A stretch of 64,000 nt of DNA. It comes from a bacterium (GTDB lineage Bacteria; UBA8248; JACPRG01; G963555815). The notes below the pieces were generated by a model that saw only the letters and a program-made list of their open reading frames with translations, was not told where the DNA came from and ran no database searches. This document shows, one piece after another, positions 1-9,357 of the stretch. Both the position numbers and the translations under genes were made by a program. Position 1 is the first letter of the stretch. The number at the start of each line of letters is the position of its first letter. The stretch lies in contig CBDHDG010000006.1 of assembly GCA_965261595.1 (NCBI GenBank), positions 1,632,001 to 1,696,000 of the forward strand. The letters are read 5' to 3'.

Positions 1-109
1 GGATAATACACATTATTACTGCTCTTGCTTAGAACTCGCCTTGCGTAGACCGTAATCAAAATGAAAGCGGATTTGTTAAAATGCCCGCGCATCCAGGCGA
101 GCCCCTGTC

Positions 110-346
110 GGTAACCGTTCGCTCGTGGGGTGATGATGGCGCCGGGGCCAGCAGCGGTCCGTTGTCTTGTCCGAACGTGGTCGCCCCGACCCAGTGCTTT
201 CGCAATTCGATGGCGGCAGGAGAATCAAGCGGTTGCGGTACACGGCCAAAATTCTCAACATGGTCATCATGTCCGTGCACCCGCCGTCAAGCTAGACCCA
301 GACGATGCTGTAGTCCGCTCTATCACCCCACGACTGAACGGTTACC
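110..346. mobile_element. MITE-like unit, copy 1 (237 bp, 25-bp terminal inverted repeats)
   Basis: Left end GGTAACCGTTCGCTCGTGGGGTGAT (110-134) matches the reverse complement of the right end ATCACCCCACGACTGAACGGTTACC (322-346) at 23/25 positions. CCTGTC flanks both sides. No credible ORF inside. Confidence 0.7.
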
Positions 347-352
347 CCTGTC

Positions 353-589
353 GGTAAGCATTCAGTCGTGGGGTGATGATGGCACCGGGGCCAGCAGCGG
401 TCCGTTGTCCTGTCCGAACGTGGTCGCCCCGACCCAGTGCTTTCGCAATTCGATGGCGGCAGGAGAATCAAGCGGTTGCGGTATACGGCCAAGATTCTCA
501 ACTTGGTCATCATGTCTGTGCACCTGCCGTCAAGCTAGACCCAGCCGATGCTGTAGTCCGCTCTATCACCCCACGGTTGAATGGTTACC
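353..589. mobile_element. MITE-like unit, copy 2 (direct tandem copy, 243-bp period)
   Basis: About 15 substitutions relative to copy 1 (manual count). Has its own imperfect terminal inverted repeats and is followed by CCTGTC at 590-595. Confidence 0.7.
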
Positions 590-648
590 CCTGTCGGACT
601 GTTGCTCCTTCACCCTAACATAAAAAAAGTTCGACCCCGTGTATGGGT

Positions 649-1655
649 TCAAGACATATGAGACACCGGGGCCGTTTTTTTGAATGTCTCCAGAACCTGG
701 GCGGGCGTCAGGTAGTCCAGGGCCCAGTGGGGTCGAATGTGGTTATAGACTTGCTCCCACTCGCGAAGGCGGACGTTGAGCGAGGCCACCGTCCAGGGGA
801 GTTCGTACACCTCGTAGAACTCCTCCGTATGGGTCCTGTTGGCTCGCTCCACACGGCCGTTGAGCTTGGGCGAGCGGGGCGGCAGCTCAAAGAGCAAAAT
901 CTCCCGCTCCGCGCACGCGCCTCGAACACCGCCCGGAACTCCGAGCCCCCGTCCACCTGAATCGCCCGCAGCGGGAACGGAGCGCGCGCCTGAAGGGTGT
1001 CCAAAAACCGCCGGGCGCAAAGGGCCGTGGCGCACGAGAAGACCTCCATCACGTCCCAGCGCGAGACCATGTCCCGGGCGGTGAATTGCTTCAACCTCAC
1101 CCCGGCAAGGGGGGAAAGCTCGAGGGTGTCCACCTGGACCAGGTCTCCGGGAAGGCCGGGCACATAGCCCTTGGGCTTGCGCGTGGCGTAAGGCCGCCGC
1201 GCCCGACGCCGCTTCGCGCTCACCACCTTGCCCCTCGGCTCGACCAGCAGTCGCCGGCGCTTGAGATCGGCCAGGATGCGGCCCACCGTCGAGACCGAGG
1301 TCACCAACCCCTCGCGTCGAAGCAGGACCGCCAGCTTGGCCTTTCCCCACCGGGGGTACTGCTCCCGAAGCTGCAAGACCGCCTTCACCAGCTCTGGCGA
1401 CCACGTGGGCTGCCTCACCCGGCGCGGCCGGCGCGTGCGCTCCTGCAGGGTCGGCAGGTCTCGGGGGTCAAACCGCTTCCGCCAGCGGTACAGCGTGGCC
1501 CGGCTCACCCCAAATGTGCTGCAAACCAATTTCGCATTCCCGCTCTCCCGCCAAAGGCTCAGGGCGCGAAGACGAGCCCGGCCCTCGGGGGACAACTCCA
1601 CCGCCCCGTAGCCTCCTGCGCGCAGGAGGCTACGGGGCCACCCAAACACTTGCAT
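649..1655 (-). pseudogene. IS481-family transposase with one frameshift near 918
   Basis: HTH (GVSRATLYRWRKRF), LVQVDT and IQVDGGSEF lie in ORF 708..1655. The C-terminus (PKLNGRVERANRT...YNHIRPHWALDYLTP) lies in frame 649..1404. Confidence 0.85.
1603..1638. repeat. Perfect 36-bp palindrome in the 5' end of the IS481 transposase gene
   Basis: GCCCCGTAGCCTCCTGCG is followed directly by its exact reverse complement CGCAGGAGGCTACGGGGC. Confidence 0.9.
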
Positions 1656-1742
1656 CCAGGGACCTCCTCTCTCGTGGCCCCTGGCACTCTACTCCCTAAC
1701 CAAGGAGATGTCTCACATCTAGCTGAACCTATACACAGCCGT

Positions 1743-3067
1743 CTAGAAGTCATACTTCATGCCGAGCTGGATGTGCGAGGCTTGGCCGTCCGTCGCCTTG
1801 GTCGGGTCGACCACCTTGCCATCGACCTGGGGGTTGGCCTCGCGCCAGCCGTGCATGAACTCCAGTCCGACGGTGAGCCGCGGTACCGGGTTCCAGAAGA
1901 CGTTGGCGTGCAACGACCGCAACTCCGCGTTTTCCGTTGCCGCAGCCTTGGCGGCCAACCCGTTATTGGTGTCGTGGTTGACCCATCCGTAATGGAGGCC
2001 CGAGCGCAAGCTGTCGGTCCACCTATGCATGATGCCGACGAACCCGCCCATCATGGCCTGGCCCTCAAGCCTGCTGTCCTTCAAGGTCGCGATGGCTCCG
2101 CCACCGACCATGTAGCCCGCTATGCCGCTACCTATGTTGATCGTCGCCATCAGCCTGGTGCCTTCGGCTACGTTGACATGCGCGCCTGCATGGAATCCGT
2201 AGACGACCAGGCTTTCGTCCGCGGTACTGACCTCGCGCAGCACGCCGCTCAAATTGACAGCGCCCCAGCCAGGCCGGTATCGCAAAGCCGCCAAGAAATT
2301 CGGCATCCGGTCACCCGAGTCCGACGTTTGAACACTATCGTCATCGACTTTCAATTTCGCCTGCAGGATCGTACTGCTGGGTGTCTCGACCGCGATCTGG
2401 CCGGTGAGATTCTTCCCCAAGCTTTGGGTATACCGGAACTGGGGCTTGCGAGAGATGAGCATCCCTACCGGTCCCTCGAAATCCACCGTCGAGGCGAACG
2501 TGTCTTCTTCCATGAGAATCGACCAGGCCTGCCCCGCGAGCACTCCGCCGACCGTGCCATAGGCGTGGCGCAGCCTGAGGACATTGCCGCCACCGAAGAA
2601 ATCGGTTTCGATCCGCGTGGTCAGAGGCCCCCATGTCGTGGCCGTATGGCTGTCGAACCGGAGGCGCGACTACCTGGCGTGTAAAGTGAAACTCCCGTCC
2701 TTGCTGTCGGATTTGGCGCCATCAAGCTCAATTTTACCGACAGCAAGGACAGGGCCGAGATTGTTGCGGGTATCGTAGATCGTATCGACTTTGACATAGC
2801 CACCAAAAGAGATCGAGGTGTCGGACCCCGGCACCTTCCAGGAACCGGGGCTCTTCCCGGCGACCACAGCCTTCGCCGATGCGGCTGATTTCATCTTCAT
2901 ATCTGCCGGCTTTTGCGAGACCTCAAGCCGAGCCAGCCGTTCACGAAGAGCTTCAATCTGCGCCTTCAACTCGTCGATCTCTGCGGCGTTGACCGACGCA
3001 ACGCCCAGGATGACCGCAGTGCCCACACCGATCAACGCGGCCTTAACATGAATTTTTCGACCGCCAT
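1743..3067 (-). pseudogene. DcaP-like trimeric outer-membrane porin; in-frame TAG at 2670-2672 and probable 5' frameshift
   Basis: Signal peptide, coiled coil (EIDELKAQIEALRERLARLE), FGGYVKVD, HAR*SRL, LRLRHAY, LAGQAWS and a C-terminal YDF beta-signal. ORFs 2670..3035 and 1743..2543 are in the same frame. An SD-preceded ATG near 3067 is out of frame across an A-run. Confidence 0.75.
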
Positions 3068-3202
3068 TAGAAAGTGCCCCTTTTCAAACCAACGTGTTAA
3101 GCCGGAATTTCCCATATCAAATCCGGACAGCCCTGTACCGACCCCTCGTTGCTACTTAACTCAATTAGACCCTTCTCTACCGGACCTGTCAATCCCATTT
3201 CC

Positions 3203-4636
3203 GAGTCAATGCCATTCTTAGTTGAAATTCCGGAGTGACCCCTGGGTGCATGTTAGGCCACCTCGCGCTCGTCGCAGTCAGCCCGAAGGCCGAGCGCAGA
3301 GCGGATGGCGGCCCTCAAGACCTGCAGATGCCGGTAGCCCTGGACCCGGTTCAGCCGAGGCTCGATGTCGAGGAGCGCCGTGGCCACCCAGCGCTGCTTC
3401 TAGTCGCTGTTGCGCCAGTGGTCCACCCTGTCCGTTCGCTGAGCAATGAGCGACATGATCGACTCCAAGCAGTTCGTCGTCTTCAAGCTTCTCCCCAAGA
3501 TGGGAAAGACCCCCAGGCGATGGAGCGTCAAGGCCTCCTCCAGGCCTTCGTCCAGGCTCTTCACCGCCGAGCGGTTGAGCAGCTCAAGCTCTTTGCGAAG
3601 CCTCCCGAGCGCCCCCTTGGCCCCCTCGTAAGTGGGCTCATCATAAGCCGCCTGGAGTTTCCGCCCGATGCGCCCCTGCCGGCCCTTGGGCAGGTGGCTG
3701 AGCACGCCCTCGCGCTTATGCCACTGGCAGCGCTGCACCACCGCGTGTGCCTCAAAAACCCGCCGGATCGCCGCCCGAAGGCCCTTGGAGCCGTAGATCA
3801 CACAGAGCAGACCTGCCTCAGAGCGCAGCCCCCGCTCCACCAACTCCCGCAAAAACGCCGTCAACGCCCGCTCGGTCCCGGTCCCGGTCTGAACAAACCC
3901 CAACACCACCTTTTCGCCCTGAACCGTGATGCCCAGGGCAATCACCATGAGGTCGTCCTCAAAGCGCTTGCCGTCCAGGACCAGGCCCACGAAGTCATAC
4001 CCTTGCAGGGGGGGCGCTCGCAGAGCTCTTTGAGCTTGCGGGCGCTGGCCCGGATGAAGCGGCGCGAGACCGCCGAGGGGGAAAGCCCAAAGGCCTCGGG
4101 CGCCGCCTCGGCGCATCCCTCATAGTCCCGACAACTCAGCCCCTTCAGCACCCGGCGGAACAGCCCGGCATCGGCCCCGCGCGGCCTCTGCAAGCGCGTG
4201 TACGTCTCCAGCGGCGCCTCCTGGCCGGTGAGGCGATTTCTGACCCGAGGAACCTGGATGGGCAGCTTCTGATCGGCCAAATACACCGAGCCTCGCTGAC
4301 GGCCCCACCGCACGTGACCGGCCAAGCCGTCCCCACGACGGCAGCGCGCCCCCGCCAAGCGTGCCACGTCCGCCTTCAGACAATCCCCCACCGCCATCAA
4401 CCCCAAAGGGATCAACGCCTGGAGAGACTCGACCAACGTGTAAGCCGGAGCATGCAGCGCAAAATCCGCCAACGTGACCCGCTTCGGCTCTTCACCCTTG
4501 ACCTGCCTCTTCCCTCGTCGCACCGTGTTCATGGAGCGTCTCCTTTCCTTCGGTGGGTGGATGTGCATCTCACACAACCCAACTCCACCACGGGGGGGGC
4601 GCTCCGTCAATTTTCAACTAAGTTTGGCATACCCTC
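3203..4636 (-). mobile_element. IS256-family insertion sequence
   Basis: Imperfect terminal inverted repeats GAGTCAATGCCATTCTTAGTTGAAA / GAGGGTATGCCAAACTTAGTTGAAA around a Mutator-type transposase. No target duplication seen. Confidence 0.8.
3253..4532 (-). pseudogene. IS256-family transposase; frameshift at the G-run near 4010 and in-frame TAG at 3400-3402
   Basis: Motifs VPRVR, GLSCRD, LVLDGK, VQRCQWHK and LKTTNCLES. Reading continues past the TAG as KQRWVATALLDIEPRL to a TAA at 3253. Confidence 0.85.
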
Positions 4637-4744
4637 GACGGGGGGGTGGGATTCCGCGGCCTCCGTTCCACCGCTCTTATACGAAGCTCACGGCAGATTT
4701 GTCACTTTCAGGTGACACTATGGGGCCAATCGGGGCTGCCGTGA

Positions 4745-5431
4745 TCACGCTTCACCGCGTCCCTTGCCTTCTATCGTCCGGTCGAGGATCAGCTCGATTG
4801 CGGCCACAACCCGCCGCCATCCATCCAGCGAGCCCAGGTCGATGCCCGCATACCGGGCGGTCCCACGGGACCGGGCCACCAGGTAGTCGACGGCCCCGAA
4901 GAGGAGCGCGAGGACGGCCGCCGCGTCGGCGTTGTCTCCCTCCGGCAATCCAAGCCTCTCGATCAACTCCTGCGTTCTCGTCTCGCGCAGTTCCCCGAAC
5001 GCGGCGGTGAGGTCGTTGCGCTCGGTCATCTCCCACGCCAGGAGCTCCCGGGTCACCGGCCGCCGCCGGATGGCGCCGAGGTAGCGGACCGCCACCAGCG
5101 CCGCGCGGCCGGACGGCGCCATGCGGCGGAACGCATCCGGATCGGGACCCATCAGGTCCTCGACGGACGGCCAGATGTCCCCTTCCCGGCCATACGCCGC
5201 CAAAAGCTCCGGCAATCCGCCGAAATAACGGTAGATGAGGACCTTGTCCACCCCCGCCTCTTTGGCAACGGCATTGACGCCAATCCCCTTGAAACCCTCC
5301 CGCGCCAAAAGCGCCCCGACGGCTTGGATGAGCTTCTCCCTGGCCACCGCGCGGTTCCGGGTCCGGACAGGCTCATTCGAGGGGTGATCCGTTCCCGATC
5401 CCGCCGTCCGGTTCGGAATCTTTTCCGGCAT
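4745..5431 (-). CDS. TetR/AcrR family transcriptional regulator
   Basis: N-terminal HTH (GFKGIGVNAVAKEAGVDKVLIYRYFGG). GGAGG precedes the ATG at 5431. Confidence 0.9.
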   Translation of the reverse strand: MPEKIPNRTAGSGTDHPSNEPVRTRNRAVAREKLIQAVGALLAREGFKGIGVNAVAKEAGVDKVLIYRYFGGLPELLAAYGREGDIWPSVEDLMGPDPDAFRRMAPSGRAALVAVRYLGAIRRRPVTRELLAWEMTERNDLTAAFGELRETRTQELIERLGLPEGDNADAAAVLALLFGAVDYLVARSRGTARYAGIDLGSLDGWRRVVAAIELILDRTIEGKGRGEA

Positions 5432-5488
5432 GGCCGCCTCCATTGTTTACCCGCTGACTACAAGCGAAATCCCGGCCCTTTCCATGAT

Positions 5489-5526
5489 GTCACCGGTTGG
5501 TGAATATATAGTCACTTTTGGGTGAC
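5489..5526. promoter_or_regulatory. Two palindromic candidate TetR operators
   Basis: GTCACCGGTTGGTGAA (5489-5504) and GTCACTTTTGGGTGAC (5511-5526) share GTCAC-N6-GTGA and lie just upstream of the tetR gene. Confidence 0.55.
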
Positions 5527-6031
5527 TTTACGAGGCTTTTCCGGGAAATAACGGCCCTTCACTTGGGATGATGGATGAGAAACAAGGCCTTCCGGGCAGG
5601 TGCGCTGGTTATTGGCATCCGCCCGGAAAAAGGGTCATTGCGTGAATTACACGGTTTTCACGGTATAAAAGAGCAGGTGGCGAACCGCCCAATAATATCA
5701 ACCCCACGGCCGCATCTCTTCCAACCCAATCATTTTGCTGTCTAATTTCCATCGGAGGGTGCATATTCCTCGCGACGCAGGCATGAATTTTGACCCTGCG
5801 CTGATCACGGGCTGTCCGGCAATGTCCTTTAAGCCGGGTTTCTCACCAACTTTTGGACGGGATGGTTTGATCGGTGGCTTGTTGCCGTTGGTGTGGGCCG
5901 AGCGGCGCGACGGCGCTCTTTTCGGGTCGGTCCCCGCACCAGATAATGGGGTCATGCATCGGTCGAGGCTTTATCCGAACGGAGGGCCGGAGGGAAAACC
6001 AGCTTCTTGCGGTCGCTTGGACGTTTTTCTC

Positions 6032-6087
6032 TTGACATGCCACAACATCTTGTGTTTTCTTATCAACGAGATATCAACATCATGTGG
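6032..6087 (+). promoter_or_regulatory. dcd promoter region: TTGACA plus two NrdR-box-like motifs
   Basis: TTGACA at 6032-6037. CCACAACATCTTGTGT (6040-6055) and TATCAACATCATGTGG (6072-6087) are 32 bp apart and resemble the NrdR consensus acaCwAtATaTwGtgt. Confidence 0.65.
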
Positions 6088-6204
6088 AAAACTTCTCATT
6101 CGGTGCGAATTCCGGCCGCGGGAATCCCTCATACGGCCAGGGCAGTGGCTGCCAGTCCCTCTGGTGGAACCATCAGAAAACGGGAAGAAAGGCGGAACGG
6201 GGTC

Positions 6205-6759
6205 ATGAGCATCAAATCCGACCGCTGGATCAAGTGGATGGCGAAGGAACAGGGGATGATCGAGCCTTTTCAGGAGGGCCAGGTCCGAAACGGGGCGATC
6301 TCATACGGTCTGTCTTCCTACGGGTACGACATCCGCGTCTCCGACGAGTTCAAGGTCTTCACGAACGTCGACAGCTCCATCGTCGACCCCAAGGCGTTCG
6401 ATGAAAAGGCGTTTGTGAACAGAAAGGGTGATGCCTGCATCATCCCGCCGAATTCCTTCGCCCTGGCCCGGACGGTGGAGTATTTCCGGATTCCCCGGAG
6501 CATCCTGACGCTTTGCGTCGGCAAATCCACGTACGCGCGCTGCGGAATCATCGTCAACGTCACCCCCTTCGAGCCCGAATGGGAGGGGTTCGTGACGCTG
6601 GAGATCTCCAACACAACGCCCCTGCCCGCCAAGATCTACGCCAACGAGGGGATCGCCCAGGTCCTGTTCTTCGAAAGCGACGAAGTGTGCGAGGTCTCCT
6701 ACGCCGACCGGAAAGGCAAGTATCAATCCCAGGTCGGCGTGACGCTGCCGAAGATGTGA
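6205..6759 (+). CDS. dcd: dCTP deaminase
   Basis: MSIKSDRWI start; [20 protein letters not shown] and [17 protein letters not shown] motifs. Confidence 0.97.
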   Translation: MSIKSDRWIKWMAKEQGMIEPFQEGQVRNGAISYGLSSYGYDIRVSDEFKVFTNVDSSIVDPKAFDEKAFVNRKGDACIIPPNSFALARTVEYFRIPRSILTLCVGKSTYARCGIIVNVTPFEPEWEGFVTLEISNTTPLPAKIYANEGIAQVLFFESDEVCEVSYADRKGKYQSQVGVTLPKM

Positions 6760-6856
6760 GCGGGGGGCCGGCTTATTATCCACAGACGCCGTCCCCGCGC
6801 AGGCAGGGATTACACAGATTACGCAGATTGTTATTGGGTGGGAACAGCGGTCGGAC

Positions 6857-7110
6857 GGGGTCAGGTCTTAAGTTGCAGTATAAACACAGGGCGCGTGGTC
6901 CGCTGGACAACAGCGATCGAATCGGGGTCAGGTCTTACATGCCAACAGTTTGGAGAGCGACGCTCACAAACCAAAAGGGTGGTCAAGACTCACATTTCAA
7001 GATATCGCCCTCGATTCGCGGAACGGCTCTACGGTCCACCACGAACTTGGGGTCGAATAACCCCTCAAGAATTTCCATGACGGTGATGTTGGATTGTAAG
7101 ACCTGACCCC
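6857..7110. repeat. Three REP-like GGGGTCAGGTCTTA repeats (two direct, one inverted)
   Basis: Copies at 6857-6870, 6924-6947 and, inverted, 7087-7110. The last two match at 22/24 positions. Confidence 0.75.
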
Positions 7111-7121
7111 CAAGCACTGCT

Positions 7122-7154
7122 GAAATAAGTATGGTGTCCCCATAATTCCCCCCC
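7122..7154. repeat. REP-like AAGTATGGTGTCCCC motif
   Basis: The same motif recurs at 31741, 31858 (inverted) and about 33427. Confidence 0.7.
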
Positions 7155-7398
7155 GCGCCTTTCCGCCCTTCATCCCACCAAGCCGCCCCAATGCGACCGC
7201 GTGTGGATTCTTGCCCTCGTCCTCCGGTGACACCTCCGGTTCGCCCTCGGTAGCCGCATGGGCTATGCTGGCCGCTAGCTTGTTCAGGTCGGCAGGGTGT
7301 CTCTTTCTTGTCCGCTCGGGCATACCCTAAAGCCAGCACACCTTGACTGAATTTTCCGGGGAATCTGGCACTCGAGAAAATCAAACTGACCCACTACC
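7155..7398 (-). mobile_element. Probable IS1-family remnant: one end plus a truncated small basic passenger gene (start 7323)
   Basis: End GGTAGTGGGTCAGTTTGA (minus strand, 7398-7381) resembles IS1-type termini from memory. The ORF ...KNPHAVALGRLGGMKGGKAR breaks off into the repeat motif. No transposase remains. Confidence 0.55.
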
Positions 7399-7484
7399 AA
7401 AAGTTTCGCCGGAATGTAAACGCGAGTTTTCGAGGGGGGATTGGGGGGCCGATTTTCAAAAAGCCCCCCCCGCGGTCTGAAGTT

Positions 7485-8492
7485 TCAAATCCCCCAATCC
7501 CGCGCGTACCGGAAATCCCGGTCGATGGTGCGGCTGGAGACTTTGGCGATGACGGGGAGGCGGCGTTTGTACTGGTTCATCCGGACGAGGCGGTCCACCT
7601 GGTCGATGAACCCGGGGGCGAAGCCCTTCCTCAGAAGCTCCTCGCGCGAGCAGCGCAGGTCGATGAGGTGGTAGAGGAGCGCGTCCACGTCGGCGTATTT
7701 GAAACCCAGGTCGTCCTCGTCCGTCTGGCCGACGACCAGGTCGGCGCTGGCCGCCTTGCCGACGATCTCCTCCGGCACCCGCATGTGCGCCCCGAGCTGC
7801 CAGACTTGCGTCTTGTACAAGTCTCCCAGGGGATTCAGGGCGTGCGCCATGTCGCCGTAGAGCGTGCCGTACCCCAGGAGCAGCTCCGACTTGTTGCTCG
7901 TCCCCAGGACGAGCGCCCCGATGGCGGCTGACTGATCGTAGAGGATCGTCATCCGCTCGCGGGCCATCTTGTTGCCCTTGCGCATGCCGTCGATCTCGGG
8001 AAACCGGGCGAAATAGGCGTCCACCATGTCGGAGATATCCACCGTCATGGACCGGACGCGCGTCTTCTTGAGCACCAGACGGGCGTGCGCGACGCTCTCG
8101 GGACTGCTGAGGCGGTAGGGCATGACCACGGCCGTCACGTTCTCCCGGCCCAGGGCCTTGGCGGCCAAGTAGGCGCACAGGGCGGAATCCACCCCGCCCG
8201 ACAGGCCGATGACCACCCGGGCGAACCCCGTCTTCCGGACAACGTTCTCGATGAACCCCACGAGAAGCCGCTCGACAAGGGAGACGTTGATCTCGAGCTC
8301 GGAGATGGGCGGAACGTGGTTGTGATTCGGGACGGGCGCCGCGCGGCGGGCGTTTTTTCCCGTCCGGCCGGAATCTTCCGCCGATTTGGCCCCCTTGCGC
8401 GCGGTCCCGGCGGGCTTCGCGGATTTTCGCGGCGCGGCCTGCTTCGAGGCGATCCGGGTCGATCCCGCCCGTTTACTCGCCGGCATCTTCAT
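7485..8492 (-). CDS. nadE: NAD+ synthetase, synthetase subunit
   Basis: [24 protein letters not shown] and LGDLYKTQV motifs. Start is uncertain because of a basic N-terminal extension. Confidence 0.95.
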   Translation of the reverse strand: MKMPASKRAGSTRIASKQAAPRKSAKPAGTARKGAKSAEDSGRTGKNARRAAPVPNHNHVPPISELEINVSLVERLLVGFIENVVRKTGFARVVIGLSGGVDSALCAYLAAKALGRENVTAVVMPYRLSSPESVAHARLVLKKTRVRSMTVDISDMVDAYFARFPEIDGMRKGNKMARERMTILYDQSAAIGALVLGTSNKSELLLGYGTLYGDMAHALNPLGDLYKTQVWQLGAHMRVPEEIVGKAASADLVVGQTDEDDLGFKYADVDALLYHLIDLRCSREELLRKGFAPGFIDQVDRLVRMNQYKRRLPVIAKVSSRTIDRDFRYARDWGI

Positions 8493-9354
8493 CTTCCGAA
8501 CCGCCGTTCTCGCGCGTGCGACGCAGATGGAGAAGCTCCTGAATCGTGAGGTTCAGGTCCTCATCGCCCAGCAGCGGGGAAGCGACCCGCGCCCTCCGCA
8601 CCTCGGCCATGTCCAGGTCCGCTTCGAGGATCGCTTCGTCGAAGTACGGGGCCTTGGCGACCTGCCGCCCGGTGGGACCCACCACTTCAGAGCCGCCCCA
8701 GAAATTGATCCCGTCCTCGTACCCCACCCGATTCACGAACATGCAAAACTGCATGAAGAGGGTCGCGTAAACACGGACCATACTCTCCCACGTGTCGCTG
8801 ATGTCGAGTTTCTTGCCCTTCCGCACGCCCCTTCCGGGACTGGAGGCCGGGAGCAGGAGGATCTGGGACCCCGCCTGGGAGGCGAGGTAGACCGTCGAGG
8901 GGTGCCAGGCGTCTTCGCAAACCAGCATGGCCACCCGGCCGAACCGCGTGTCGAAAGCCCGGACCTTGCTCCCCCGCGAGAGATACCGCTCCTCGTCGAA
9001 GATGCCGTAGGTCGGCAGGTAAACCTTTCTGTGGACGTGAAGGATCTCGCCCTTTTCCACGTAGAGGACGGAGTTATAGAAAAAGTGCTCCGGCGATTCC
9101 TCCACCAGCCCCACGACGATGGAGACCTTCCGGCTGGCCCGGCGGATTTCCTTCACCAGCTTGGAATCGAGCCGTTGGGCGACGGCCGGAACCATGTCCT
9201 TGAGGAAATAACCCGTCAGCCCCAGCTCGGGGAAGACGAGAAGGTCGATCCCCCGCTCGGCGGCGTTTTTTACGCTCCGGCGGAAAATTTCGACGTTGCG
9301 GTCGAGGTTGCCCAGCGTCGGGTTGATCTGGGCGGCGCCCAGTTTGAATTCCAT
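8473..9354 (-). CDS. Nitrilase-family carbon-nitrogen hydrolase; probable glutaminase subunit of NAD synthetase
   Basis: Catalytic E-K-C motifs [18 protein letters not shown] and VCEDAW. Overlaps the nadE start. Confidence 0.88.
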   Translation of the reverse strand: MEFKLGAAQINPTLGNLDRNVEIFRRSVKNAAERGIDLLVFPELGLTGYFLKDMVPAVAQRLDSKLVKEIRRASRKVSIVVGLVEESPEHFFYNSVLYVEKGEILHVHRKVYLPTYGIFDEERYLSRGSKVRAFDTRFGRVAMLVCEDAWHPSTVYLASQAGSQILLLPASSPGRGVRKGKKLDISDTWESMVRVYATLFMQFCMFVNRVGYEDGINFWGGSEVVGPTGRQVAKAPYFDEAILEADLDMAEVRRARVASPLLGDEDLNLTIQELLHLRRTRENGGSEDEDAGE

Positions 9355-9357
9355 GAA

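Larger units (their letters stand above)
640..1735 (-). mobile_element. IS481-family insertion sequence
   Basis: TGT...ACA ends with imperfect inverted repeats (TGTATGGGTTCAAGACATATGAGACA vs TGTATAGGTTCAGCTAGATGTGAGACA). About 1.1 kb, one HTH + rve transposase. No target duplication seen. Confidence 0.85.

Noticed and set aside
110..595. The 243-bp tandem repeat as a CRISPR array, integron cassettes or a coding repeat (ORF 81..623)
   Set aside because: No unique spacers, no cas or integrase gene, and no RYYYAAC/GTTRRRY attC cores. The ORFs show no recognisable protein features.
2670..3402. Two in-frame TAG codons at likely Gln positions (porin HAR*SRL; IS256 RNSD*KQRW), suggesting amber-to-Gln recoding
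   Set aside because: TAG is the normal stop of exbB, the deoxynucleoside kinase, a response regulator, the MBL hydrolase and the porin itself. Both genes carry other lesions, so CAG>TAG mutation is the simpler explanation.
5690..6000. Possible IS remnant or ORF 5735..6208 between tetR and dcd
   Set aside because: No transposase motif or paired end can be shown, and the ORF runs over the dcd promoter.
6776..6784. Perfect DnaA box TTATCCACA
   Set aside because: Single copy with no box cluster or AT-rich unwinding element, so it is not evidence for oriC.
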